Part shown: positions 49,501 to 61,379 of the stretch, piece after piece
How the letters are laid out: each line of letters opens with the position of its first letter
Numbering within the stretch: position 1 is the first letter of the stretch
DNA from: Squalus acanthias
Lineage: Eukaryota
Length of the DNA: 64,000 nucleotides
NCBI GenBank assembly: GCA_030390025.1
Contig: CM059432.1
Coordinates: 117,430,001 to 117,494,000 of the forward strand
Direction: 5' to 3'
The notes under the pieces: model-generated
Told to the model about the DNA's origin: nothing
The model's input: the letters and a program-made list of their open reading frames with translations, nothing else
Database searches by the model: none
Program-made: the position numbers and the translations under genes

Positions 49501-51137
49501 TTGTCTACTCTCTCTGTTACCTCTTCAAAAAATTCAATAAAGTTGGTCAAGCAAGATTTTCCCTTTTGAAATCCATGCTGACTCACATTGGCAGAATGTG
49601 ACTCGTGGTTTCCATCCCAGGGTTTTAAAGGAAGTAGTTGAGCACAATGCAGATGTCCTAGCTATAATCTTCCAAAGTTCTCTCGATTCAGGAACCGTTC
49701 CTTTAGATTGAAAAATTGTTACTCTGCTATTTAAGAATGGCGAGAGAGGGAAACCAGGGAATTAAAGACCAGTTAGCCTAACATCTGTTGTCGGGAAATT
49801 GCTAGAGTATCTAATTAAGGATAGGGTGACTGAACACCTCGAAAATTTTCAGTTGATCAGAGAGGATTTGTGAAAGGTAGGTCATGCCTGACAAACCTGA
49901 TTGAATTTTTTGAAGAGGTGACTAAAGTGGTGGACAGGGGGATATCTATGGATGTTATTTATATGGACTTCCAGAAGGCATTTGATAAAGTCCCACATAA
50001 GAGACTGTGAACTAAGGTAGAGGTCCATGGAATTGAGGGCAAATTATTGACCTGGTTAGGAAATTAGCTGAGTGGCAGGAGACAGAGAGTAGGGATAATG
50101 GGTAGGTACTCAAATTGGCAGGATGTGACGAGTGGTGTCCCACATGGATCTGTGTTGGGGCCTCAACTATTCACAGTATTTATTAATGACTTAGATGATG
50201 GCATAGAAAGTCATAAATCCAAATTTGCTGATGACACAAAGATAGGTGGCATTGTAGGCAGTGTAAATGAAAACCTAAAATTACAAAGGGATAGATTAAG
50301 TGAATGGGCAAAAACTGTGGCAAATGGATTTCAAGGTAAGCAAATGTGAGGTCATCCACTTTGGACCTAAAAAGGATAGAACAGGGTACTTTCTGAATGG
50401 TGAAAAGCTAAAAACAGTGGAGGTCCAAAGAGACTTGGGGATCCAGGTACATAGATCATTAAAATGTCATGAACAGGCCCAGAAAATAATCAAAAAGGCT
50501 AATGGAATGCTGGCCTTTATATATAGAGGACTAGAATACAAGGGGGTAGAAGTTATGCTGCAGCTATACAAAACCCTGGTTAGACCACACCTGGAGCACT
50601 GTGAGCAGTTCTGGGCACCACACCTTTGGAAGGATATATTGGCCTTGGAGGGAGTGCAGCGTAGGTTTACCAGAATGATACCCGGACTTCAAGGGTTAAG
50701 TTACGAGGAGAGATTACACAAATTAGGATTGTATTCCCTAGAATTTAGAAGGTTAAGGGGTGATCTGATTGAAGTTTTCAAGATATTAAGGGGAACAGAT
50801 AGGGTAGATAGAGAGAAACTATTTCCGCTGGTTGGGGATTCTAGGACTTGGGGCATAGTCTAAAAATTAGAGCCAGACCTTTCACAAGTGAAATTAGGAA
50901 ATACTCTACACACAAAGAGTGGTAGGAGTTTGGAACTCTCTTCAGCAAATGACAATTGATGCTAGATCAATTGTTAATTTTAAATCTGATATTGACAGCT
51001 TTTTGTTAACCGAAGGTATTAAGGGATATGGGCCAAAGGTGAGTATATGGAGTTAGGTCACAGATCAGTCATGATCTCATTGAATGGCGGAACAGGCTTG
51101 AGGGCTGAATGGCCTACTCATATTCCTATGTTCCTAT
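46506..51137 (+). mobile_element. Decayed CR1 (ORF1 esterase C-terminus plus ORF2)
   Basis: DGLHLNRSGT; YTNAQNI; SDHN; GVPHGSVLGP; FADD; TTCCTATG tail. Confidence 0.93.
48286..49605 (-). mobile_element. 5'-truncated CR1 nested in a CR1
   Basis: ORFs 48432-49085 and 49332-49586; TSD TGGTTT (48280-48285, 49606-49611). Confidence 0.92.
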
Positions 51138-51394
51138 GTGCTACCACTGAGCCATGGCTGACAAGAAAATAATGAAAAGATACATATTACATATTTCAGT
51201 ACTCGGTCTCAGAAATATTACTAAAATGAAGGCCATCATTAAGTAATGCTTTTACATTTTTTTTGTTAATGATATCCTACTGAGTCAAAAATGAGTTATT
51301 ATTTATTAAGGAATGCTTGAGGACAAGGCTGTTATAATGAATCAATGCACATTAATAGACATGCAGATCAACATCTTTTATTTTAATATTTAAG

Positions 51395-51491
51395 GGTTTG
51401 GCATACCATTCTTGAAGTACTTGATGAACTCGTATTGACGTTCACTGAGAATGGGCTCCAGGAATTTATGAATATTACACCAATATTTCAG
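51395..51491 (+). other. Candidate host exon (97 nt), best of several exon-like segments
   Basis: T-rich acceptor ...ATTTAAG, donor CAG|GTTAG, open frame VWHTILEVLDELVLTFTENGLQEFMNITPIFQ in non-repetitive DNA. Confidence 0.35.
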
Positions 51492-51654
51492 GTTAGCTTT
51501 TAATAATCTCATTGTCTCACCACAATATAATGTCACTGAAACTCACTATATCATCTTCAAGTGATGAACATACTCTCAGGCCCCTTTTGAAGGACAACTC
51601 CAGACTCTAAATATTTGTTTTAAATAAGCAGAGTATCCCACTGACTATTTCAGT

Positions 51655-52532
51655 GAATGAAGTCAATGGAGATCAAGGGGAAAACTCACCACTGGCTGGA
51701 ATCACACCTAGCACAAAGGAAGAAGGTTGTGGTTATTGGAGACCAATCAGTTCAGCCCAGAACATCGCTGCAGGAGTTCCTCAGGGAAGCATCCTAGGCC
51801 CAGCCAACTTCAGCTCGTCATCAATGACCTTCCTTCCATCATAAGGTCAGAAGTGGAGCTATTTGCTGATGATTTCGCAATGTTTAGCTACATCCTTAAT
51901 TCTTCAGATAATGAAGTAGTACATGCCCACATGCAGCAAGATGTGGGCAACATCTAGGCTTGGACTCATAAATTGCCAGTAATTTTCACGCCGCACAATG
52001 CAAGTCTTTTCTTTTTACAAGTGCTAGGCAATGATCATCTCGAACAAGAGAGAGTCTAACCATCTCCCCATGACATTCAAAGGCATTACCATTGTGGAAT
52101 CGCCCACCATAAACATCCTGGGGGGTCGCCATTCACCAGAAACTCAACTGGACCAGCCACGTAAATACCATGGTTACTAGAGTGTATTCTGCAGCAAGTG
52201 GCTCATCTCCTGATTTCCCAAAGCCTCTCCATCTACAAGGCACAAGTCAGGAGTGTGATGGAATACTCACCACTTGCCTGGATGAGTGCAGCTGCAACAA
52301 CACTCAAGAAGCTCGACACCATCCAAGACAAAGCAGCCTGCTTGATCGGCACCCAATCCACCACCTTAAACATCCACTCCCTCCACCACATGTGTACTGG
52401 GGCTGCATTGTGTACCATCTACAAGATGCACTGCAGCAGCTTCTTCGACAGCACCTTCTAAATCCATGACCTCCACCATCTAGGACTAGGGCAGCAGGTG
52501 CATAAGAACACCATCACTTCCAAGTTCCCCTC
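51655..52532 (+). mobile_element. Fragment of the second CR1-group LINE
   Basis: [31 protein letters not shown]. Confidence 0.85.
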
Positions 52533-52549
52533 TGTAATATATATGGGTA

Positions 52550-54266
52550 TGTAAGGGTTTTTTGTCTCTCAGCCTGTGAGATTCGTGTGGCTCTGTGCAG
52601 CCCGGGTGCTAGTGCGGGTTTAGGCCTTGTTGCCTGTTCTGGTCTCCAGCCAGTCTGGGAACACTAGACACACCTGTGAGTGGTTCGACCCACTCGCCCT
52701 TACGGTTCTAGACACTGGACTTAGATACGAGAGCAGTAATGGAGATGAAACTCAGGTAGACTCGGTTGAATGGTACGAAATGGAAAATCTTTATTGCATA
52801 GTACTTAAGATCACGAAATACATGTCATAAGCACAGATTAATGACAGTACAATCTTACACGCAGTTATGTAACTAATTTCGGGGAAACGAGGAACGAACG
52901 ACACATCGTAAATGGGGGCACACATTATAATTATCCTTAATACTTGAAACCCTCCCCTATCAATATCTGTCCTAAGCTAGATTCGTAGGATTCGAGACTC
53001 ATGCTCACCACTCGTGATAACTCGGAGAATTCCGAAACCTCTGATCGGATGTTTTTCACCGCAGCGCCCACGTGTCGATCAGGGGGTCTCCTGGCCCCAC
53101 TTGTTTACTCGTTTCTGCTCCGGCTAGCAGGCTGGAACGTCTGCTGTCATGAAGATCTGTGTTGTCCTCGGAGTTCCGACTCTACTCAAAAAAAGAGTCT
53201 TCCTGTGCCCTCGCACGGATGCGATAGAATTCGAAAAGTAGTCTTCCTGTCAGTTCTGTAAAACTCGAAGAAGTCTTCCTGGCAAGGAAAATGTCTATTC
53301 GACCTACAGGCGCGGTCGGGGCTTACTGACCGTGGCGATAAGTATGGTCTTCTTCTCTTCTCATCTCATCTCATCTCATCTCATCTCGGGCCTTCGGTTC
53401 CAACACCGTTTACCGACTTATCGGAATGGTGCGCCCGCTTCAAGGCTTCAGAGCCCAGTTCTGCACAGGTCTTCGCGACACGATACGAGGTAGATTCGAG
53501 CGGATCGTAAAGTTCAACAGTCTTTTGAAAAGAGACACGAGGCAAGCAGGAACAAGACGGCGAGTCAAGAGCACAGGAGCAGCCACGAGGATAAGAGTCA
53601 ACCGAATAAGTGTCAAGAGTCAAGAGTCAAGAGAAAGATGGACGGTTTGGAGCTTGCAATTATAGTGCAAAATCTTCCGTTTCCCGCCCAACCTTAATGT
53701 CTTTTCTTTTGTTAGGGTTTGGCGCTCAAATGTCTTGTATAGGGTGATCTTCGTTTTAATGGGTTTCGGGGCTACTCGTAAATGTCTGAGTACCTGTTAA
53801 TATTTCTCCCATTGTTTAATCGGTCGGTGTTCTCCCTGGAGGGGTTTTGGGGCTTCCAAGTGTTTTCTGTAACTACCCGCTAACGGCTCTCTCATCGTAG
53901 AGTCGTTGGGATTCTACATATTAATGTCCTTGGATGGGTTCTTGATTACTTGGTACAATAGCTTTTATTCGTACCTGGGAGACCGATTTCAGTATTTATG
54001 TGTATACTGTAAACCCATGATGTCTCGTGTATTATCTTCAATGTGCTGAGTCTTAATCGATCTTGCACAAATGTTTACTGGAACGCCATCTTGTCTGCCT
54101 GTTGAAAAGTCTAGAATGTTCTGTCACGAGGTGCGGCGGCCATTTTACAAGCTGCTTGTGTCCACTTTGAAAACCTGACAGCATTCTGCTGAAATAAACG
54201 CTGTTTGAACGAAACTGTGTGTTTTTCTCCTTATTAATAAAATCGCGATATATTGCGAATTCTACA
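52550..54266 (-). mobile_element. Solo LTR, 1717 bp, family B
   Basis: TGTA...TACA; 4-bp TSD GGTA (52546-52549, 54267-54270); AATAAA 52790-52795; TATAA ~53660-53664. Confidence 0.88.
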
Positions 54267-54764
54267 GGTAGAACAAATGAAGGATAGAGACACGATGAGT
54301 TGCTAGTCCATGTGCTTGCTTTATTAGGCCAGAGCGAACTGAGCATGCTCATACTAAACCATATGCTAAACCATGTGAGAATACATTACATTGCTTTCCT
54401 CTTAAAAGAATGTACATATTCCCCTCTCAAATACAATAAAACTATGGTCCCACCTTTCCCAGCATTACATGTACCACATAACAAAAACTCCTGGCATTTT
54501 TTCTTTTAAATGAACTACAAATCCAGTTTAATGACGTGTTTCTGAGCCTTCCTGATCTCCTTACAGAAGGTTTTGGTGTTGAACCAATTTTCAGGCTGTT
54601 TTGTTTTGGTTCCGAACTCAAAGATGATCCTGTTTCTATCTCAGATTTGCTTGAACCTATATGTTTCACTTCAACCCACTTTGCTGACAAGTGATCACTG
54701 TCCAATCCAATTTATGCATTGAGAAACAAATCAACATTAAAACCGTAGTGTAGTGTAAATCTGG

Positions 54765-54891
54765 AAACAAAAGCAAAATACTGCAGCTGCTGCAAATCTG
54801 AAATAAGAAGAAAAAATGCTGGAAATGTTAAGCAGGTCTGACAGCATCTGTGGAAAGAGAAACAGGGTTAACGTTTCAGGTCGATAAACCT
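54765..54891 (-). mobile_element. Penelope-derived short repeat with a partial hammerhead
   Basis: Similar to 34796-34956; retains ACCTGAAACGTTAAC but lacks the CTGANGA box. Confidence 0.6.
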
Positions 54892-56475
54892 GGATCTGGG
54901 TGCCAACTTTACTCTGGAGTGAAGCAGAATAAGACTCCTTGAACGAGGGAGTCTAATTCCACTTTGTTCCAGAGTCAAGATGATCCTTGGCTCAGAATGT
55001 ACAATATCACTACTTAGCATTCACATTGCCATTATAGCATCAATGCATGCTTGGGGAGATTGTTTGCAGCCTCTTGTCACCAGATATCAATCTCACCTAG
55101 CTGTAAAATCATAAGGAAAACTAGAACTGTCAATTTAAGGGGATCTTTCAAACTGAAAGTTTCACAAATTGTTTTTCTACTAATCAGTAGAAGAAGTTTC
55201 TGTGAGCTAATGGAAATTCTACACTCTTGGGAAAGGAACAGAACTGAGTTTAAAAACATACAGACCTCCTCTCTTCAAAGTAATTGGCTGGGCAAACGAA
55301 ACGTTGGTGCCATTTTGGTCATCTCCCTGTTGAGTTTCCCAGATTTCAGTCCAACTTCGTATAACTTTCATCCTTTAATTTTCTTTGCAGAGATTTATGG
55401 TAAGTGAAATGACTCATGCAGCTTGATTTTACAGTTTAAATGGAATTCTTAAATGAATTGTGTGCTTGGACAGCTATTTTGTAGTACAGTACGCATGAAA
55501 CATATTAGGAGCTTGAAGTTTAACCTTTAACCTTTTGTAACTTTTGGAGTCAATATTTTAAAATATTATAATGTTTGATTATGCAACTTATTTCTCCATC
55601 CCAAATTGGTCCATTTGAACAGGAATTCTTTTCATTTTGCTTTTGAAGATTGCCACTCCTCGTACTATCTGATCATGACTTCACCATGTTGGCGCTGGCT
55701 TATCTTTCATGAATGCGACTGGATTATTCTGTAACTGAAGATCACAACAGGCAGTGACACTGTGCTCTGTGGGACAGTCCTCTCTATTAAATCATGTTGA
55801 TGCTTCTGTCCCAGTCCGTGTTATTCTCTACTGGTGCAAAGGTCACTGCGCCTCACTTTGAATACTTTGCATAATGGCTGCAGTCTGCTCCTTTGGGACT
55901 GTGTAATGAACAGAATAGTTAAAGGATGAATTCAAGGGGCTTGATTTTAATAGCCCTGAGGAGGCGGGTCTGGAGACGGGTCGGCAGTGAAAATTGAAAA
56001 AAATGGCTTCAGACTGCCAACCCGCCTCCATCCTGCCCCCACACGAATTTAGTGAGTGTCGGGTCAGCCGCCCCCGAACTGACCCGACGGGAACCGGTGG
56101 GACAGGTAGTTAAGGCAGTTAACAGCCTGTTAACTGCCTTACTAATCCTAGTTTTATAGTGGTTTCCCATTTTCGTGCTTCTGGCTCCTGTTTCCCGTCT
56201 TGCCAGAAACAGGCCAGCTGCAAGGAGACGAGTTTCTCGAGGACATGATTTGGAGTCATTGGTGCAGCAGTTTAAAAGTGCTCCTGTAACATGGCTGACA
56301 TTCAAATGCCACAACTTTGTTGTTGGAGGTTTGGGATAAGATTTTGCAAATCTACTGAGTTTGTGATTGTTCAAGCTGACAGCCATCTGCAGTGTGACCT
56401 GATTGGAATAATTTCAGGCCACTTCTAGTGTGCGCTTGCAAGCTTCTTGTCTCAACTGAAATCTATAGTAATGGG

Positions 56476-57706
56476 ATGGGAACCATTTACATCCTCTCAT
56501 CCTGGTCGTCAGATTTGGAGGAAGAGCAGCCACAGCAGCACCAGCACCAGGAGCGTCAACCTCCTCCTCACCGCAGGGCTGCACCTCGCCGTAGGAGATA
56601 TCCCTAACACAGGGTTTACAGGCAGAGGATCAGCTACCTCAGCATGACTGAGCAGCAGTGCCAAAGGAGGCTGAGACTCTCGCGAGATGTAGTCACTGAC
56701 ATCTGCGCAATGCTGCACCAACACCTGGAGTCCAGAGGAGCGTGTGGACACTTCTTACCAGTGGTTGTCAAAGTCACCACCGCACTCAACTTCTTTGCTT
56801 CGGGCTCCTTCCTGGGATCAGCTGCAGACATCAGCCGCACACACCTGCATCATGCAGGTCACCGATGCCCTCTTTGCAAAAGCCCACAATTACCTCCACT
56901 TCTCCACGGATGGCCCAAGTGTGACCGCGTGTGTGGTTGACTTTGCCAATATGGTAGGCTTGCCAATGGTGCAGGGCATCATAGACTGCACACATGTAGC
57001 CATTAGAGCCCCCTATCACAACCCAGCTGTATTTGTCAACTGCAAGGGATTCCACTCCCTGTACGTCCAGCTGGTGTGTAACCACAGGAAGATCATCATG
57101 CATGTTTGCGCTAAGTACCCTGGCAGTTGCCATGACTCCTTCATCCTGCGCCAGTCTACTGTGCCTCAGCTCTTCAATCCGCCAACCCAACTTTCCGGAT
57201 GGCTTCTTGGTGACAAGGGCTATCCCCTGAAAAAGTGGCTTGTGACACCGATGAGGAGGCCAACAAATGAGGCTGAGGAGCGGTACAATCTGAGCCACAT
57301 ATCCAACAGAAGCATCATAGAGCAAACCATCGGCTTGCTCAAAATGCGCTTCCGATGCTTGGACCGATCTGGTGGAGCCCTACAGTACGCACCAGCGAGG
57401 GTCTCCAGAATCATCGTGGTCTGCTGTGCACTGCACAACAGCGCACAGCAGCGCGGCTTAGTGCTGTCGGATGAACAAGTGGCTCAGCACACACACTCCT
57501 CGGGAGAAGAGGAAGAAGACGCGGAGGAGGAGGAGGAGGAGGAGGAGGAGGAGGAGGAGGAGGAGGAGGAGGAGGACGAGGAGGAGCATGAGGAGGAGGA
57601 TGGGGAGCCACGCATTGCGGGGCCGGATGGGGCCAATGCAGCCGCACGCGACCACATGGCTGGCCGTCTGGCAAGGAAAGCACTCATCCATGCCAGATTC
57701 GCGTAA
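56476..57706 (+). pseudogene. Harbinger DDE transposase (one stop near 56605, one frameshift near 56835)
   Basis: [48 protein letters not shown], poly-Glu tail. Confidence 0.93.
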
Positions 57707-58001
57707 GCTTACGCATCAAACAAAGGTGGCTGGCAGATGGAGATGAATATAAGGCCGACATTCTCAAAACCTCATGCATCATCTGTCCAATAAACGGTGC
57801 TTTCCGCTCACTCTCACCACCATCATTATAAATGGAATTAGCCCTGCATCCTCACTCTTGAACTTCCATTTCCCTGAACACGTAGGCCAGAACCTCAACT
57901 CTTTGCCATCACTTCTGTTTAATTACATCACAAAAGAATGACACTCGATATTTAGCAACCTATAAAACACCCAAGTGACTATCCTTGTGACTATTAGTGC
58001 T

Positions 58002-59891
58002 TTAACTTCCTCTTACGCGTGCTCCTACGTGGTGCTTCCCCTGTGGTTCAGCAGATGTAGAGCAACCTTGCTCACTTTGGTGCTGCGTCTGCTTAGACAC
58101 CTTTGGCGGGCGTCCTCTGGGTTTGGGAGCCTGTGAGGGCTCCTCCACAGTCTGCTCTTCCTGCAGCTGTGCAGGGGCTGAGACGGCCATCTCAGTTGGG
58201 TGAGGAACCTGGGGCTCTGACCGAGGGCTCCGCAGTGGCATGGGAGTGTGAGCACTTGGAGAGGAGCCCACACTTCCTTGTTGTCTGTCACCAACATCCC
58301 TCGCATGGTGCACCTGCACTTCACTGCTAGCAAGTGGCTGAAGAGCAACCTGCTGCACCTCAGTGGAGCCATGAGGACCCGTCTCTGTACTGACAGTCCT
58401 CATAACGGGGACGTCCATGTACCTCTGGTGTCTCTCCTCAATAGATGCCCATCTATCCTCCATAGCAGACCATCTATTTAGAAGAGTCACCATGCTCTGT
58501 TGAGTCTGGCGATTTATGTCCTCCAAGAGGTTGCCACCCTCTCCATGGCGGCACGTTCATGCGCCATTGCCTCCACAAAGGCAGTGCTCATGTTAGAGAT
58601 GGACTCCTCCATTCTCTCCATACTCGTAGTTACCCTGGATGCAAGCCCTGTCAGAGACTCTTGCTCTAGTTCCTGGAGTTCCAGCACCGCTCTCTTTCTG
58701 GATGGCCCCAGAGGCTCAGCGTCTACATGCAGCTGAGCTGAGCTAGGAGAGTCCTGCGACCTCCGATGAGGACTCTCCACTGCTGTGGCTGTCTCCACCA
58801 TCTGCTGATGCTCACTTGAGAGCTGTGATACACCAGGTGACAACACTACTCTATGTCGCGAAGGACCCACCGAGGTGTGCGTCTCTGTGCTGGAGCTGGG
58901 TGCGCTGAGTCCTGGTGACGCTGCTCCCTCAGAGGCTCCAAGTTCCTCTGAGGATTCGTCTGGCTCTTCCTCCTGGACAGTGGGGAGGTTGGCTCTCGAT
59001 AGTCCTGTGGGAGAGTAAAGGCATGAGTTAGACATCAGATTTGGAGGTAGCAGACACATCCTATTGTGCATCAGATCAGAAGTCAATCTCTATGAGCAAC
59101 ATATGCTATATCAGTCAATGAGGAATTGTAAAAGCGAGGAATGAAAATGCATTCTATCACCAGCTTCCTCTAGTGCGCCCGTCTCTCCGTCCCCCTCTTC
59201 CAGCTCCTCGCCACCTCCCATGATGTCACGAGCAGCCTCCTCAGCGTGAGTTAACGTGGCGAGTGCTGGTGTGCCTCCTCCTGTCTTGGCTCTCTCCCTC
59301 ATATTGTGGGCTATCTTTTCCTGCAAGGAGGGACACAAGTGGAGTTTCAGCGAGTGTGATGGAGTGAGTGTGAAGAATCCATAAGGTAGAATCTTAGAGG
59401 GAGGCCAGGAATGGAGTGAGGTGGCAAGAGGAAGGAGCCTCCCTGTGCGTCGTTAGTTGTTGTCATTGCATAGCAGTGAGAGTGAGTGTGAGGCCTGCAT
59501 AGCAAGATAGTGCAGTGATTCAGTACAGACGGAGAGATAGAAAGGTAATGGCCCAAGGGAAGTAAGGATAAGGTGGGATGTGGAGGAGCAGGCTGGTGAT
59601 GAGAAGAGAAGGGAAGCAGAGTGAAGGTAAGTGTGATGTGAAACTCACTTTTGATGTTCGGACAAGATCATTGAAGCTTTTGCGGCACTGGAGCCAGGTG
59701 CGTCCACACAGCGACCTTGCGCTGACCTCCTCAGCTATCTCCAGCCAGGCTGCCTTCGTCTGTTGAGGAGGCTTCCTGCGGCCATCGGCAGGGAATAGAA
59801 TGTCCCTGCGCCCTCTTACTCCCTCTACAAGAGCTTGCAGAGAGTCGTCATTGAATCTAGGAGCAGCCTTCTTGCCTGTGGCAGCACTCAT
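58002..59891 (-). pseudogene. Harbinger Myb/SANT-like gene: exons 59891-59649, 59320-59161, 59004-58002 (frameshift near 58520)
   Basis: PRFNDDSLQALV..AWLEIAEEV..RTWLQCRKSFNDL; canonical GT/AG with compatible phases 0 and 1; RAKTGGG motif. Confidence 0.88.
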
Positions 59892-61379
59892 GGTGATCCT
59901 GGCCCTTTCCAGCAGCAGCAGCAGCAGCAGCAACGCGAAATGAGAGGCTGAGGCTACATGGAGCCCTTAAAAACAAGTGCAGCAAAGACCTCATCAGTGC
60001 AGACCAACAGACCCGCTCCAACTCATTGCAGCAGGCAGCGCGCACGACGGGGCTAAGTGGACCAATTAAGTGAAACTGGGACACCGGGAGCGGCTGAAAC
60101 CGGCACCGGGTCCGAAACCCGCCCAGCAGGCAAACCGACTCCATCCCGCCTCCTCCATTAAAATCCAACGTATTTCTGCACCTCAGCTGGTTTAGTCCAT
60201 TTTACTGGCTGTGATACCCTTCAAAGTATTTTCTTTAGTGCGCGTTCCCTTTGCCTTAAACAACAACAACTTGCATATATATAGCACCTTTGTCGTAGTG
60301 AATCGTCCCAAGGAATTTCACAGGAGTGTCATCAAACAAAATTAAACCAGTGTGATTTAGGTCATATAAAGATGCTGACAGCAGAAGGTGACACCAAAGG
60401 AATATTAAAAACTAGAAGTACTGATTATTTCTGTATGAAATTGATTAGAAGTAGAAATATGTCAATTTTGCAATCAGTTAACAGCTTTTATATTGACAAG
60501 CTGTACCAATTCAGCCGAAGCAGCACTAAATCTATGAGCTCTTTTAACCCAAAAACAGGTAGTAATGAGCAGATGCCAAGAGAAAAATTATTCGCAGTAA
60601 GATAAATGGGCGATGTGGTTTAATATAAAATGTTACTGTCATTCATCAAGCACTTTTATTATACAATCACATAATCGGGAAAGATACGTGCTCTCAGGTA
60701 ATCATATTTGCACAATGCTTCAATCAGCACATGTTCCCACGTCCCCATCATCCTTTTCAATTCCTTCCACCAGTCTGTTGTTCTCTTTCTACACTGTTTC
60801 CTTCTGCTTTCCCCGTTTGATTACTGTATTCTCTGTTTGTACTTCAAGCTGTCTTCCTTATGTTGTCAACATTATTTTCTGTTTTTATTTCCTCTCTTTT
60901 CTCTTAACGTCTCTATTTTCTATTGTAAAGTATAAATGACAGTTTTCTGATGAAACATCTCACATGGGCCTCTTGGGAAGTTGCTTTTTCGACTATGCAA
61001 CTGAAGAATTGAAACAATTGGTGTAAGAGATCATAAATGAGTTGAGCAAGATAATTTTACTTGCTGTGCTGCTTGATGAGAATTGTTTGGCCTATTAGAC
61101 ATTGCATTTGAAAACCATTAAACCACTGTTAGAGATGTCCCTCTGTGGCTCCCCATTATCTATAAAATTAACCAACGCATTATAGGTTCAGTAAGATACT
61201 GCCAAACAAATAATAAATCAATGCAAACTATGAAATGATCCATACTGTTTGTAAAATTAAAAAGCATATAATAATAAGATTGAAAAGCATTATAGCTATA
61301 TTATTCAACATAATAGGCAAACCATTCTAGTTTTTTCTATGTGTTGATATGCTCCAAATGGAGGCACCATAGCGTCATA

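Larger units (their letters stand above)
55936..60169 (+). mobile_element. Near full-length Harbinger H4, ~4.2 kb
   Basis: Ends GGGGCTTGATTTTAAT / ATTAAAATCCAAC (right end eroded); two convergent genes. Confidence 0.9.

Noticed and set aside
55391..55399. 9-nt microexon AGATTTATG between a strong acceptor and GTAAGT
   Set aside because: Cannot be distinguished from the longer 55343-55399 candidate or from chance without transcripts
56476..57706. Host HARBI1 gene
   Set aside because: Multiple disabled copies with TIRs and Myb partners indicate transposons, not the domesticated gene
57411..57746. Poly-Pro, poly-Leu, poly-Arg and poly-Ser ORFs
   Set aside because: Alternate frames of the (GAG)n tract
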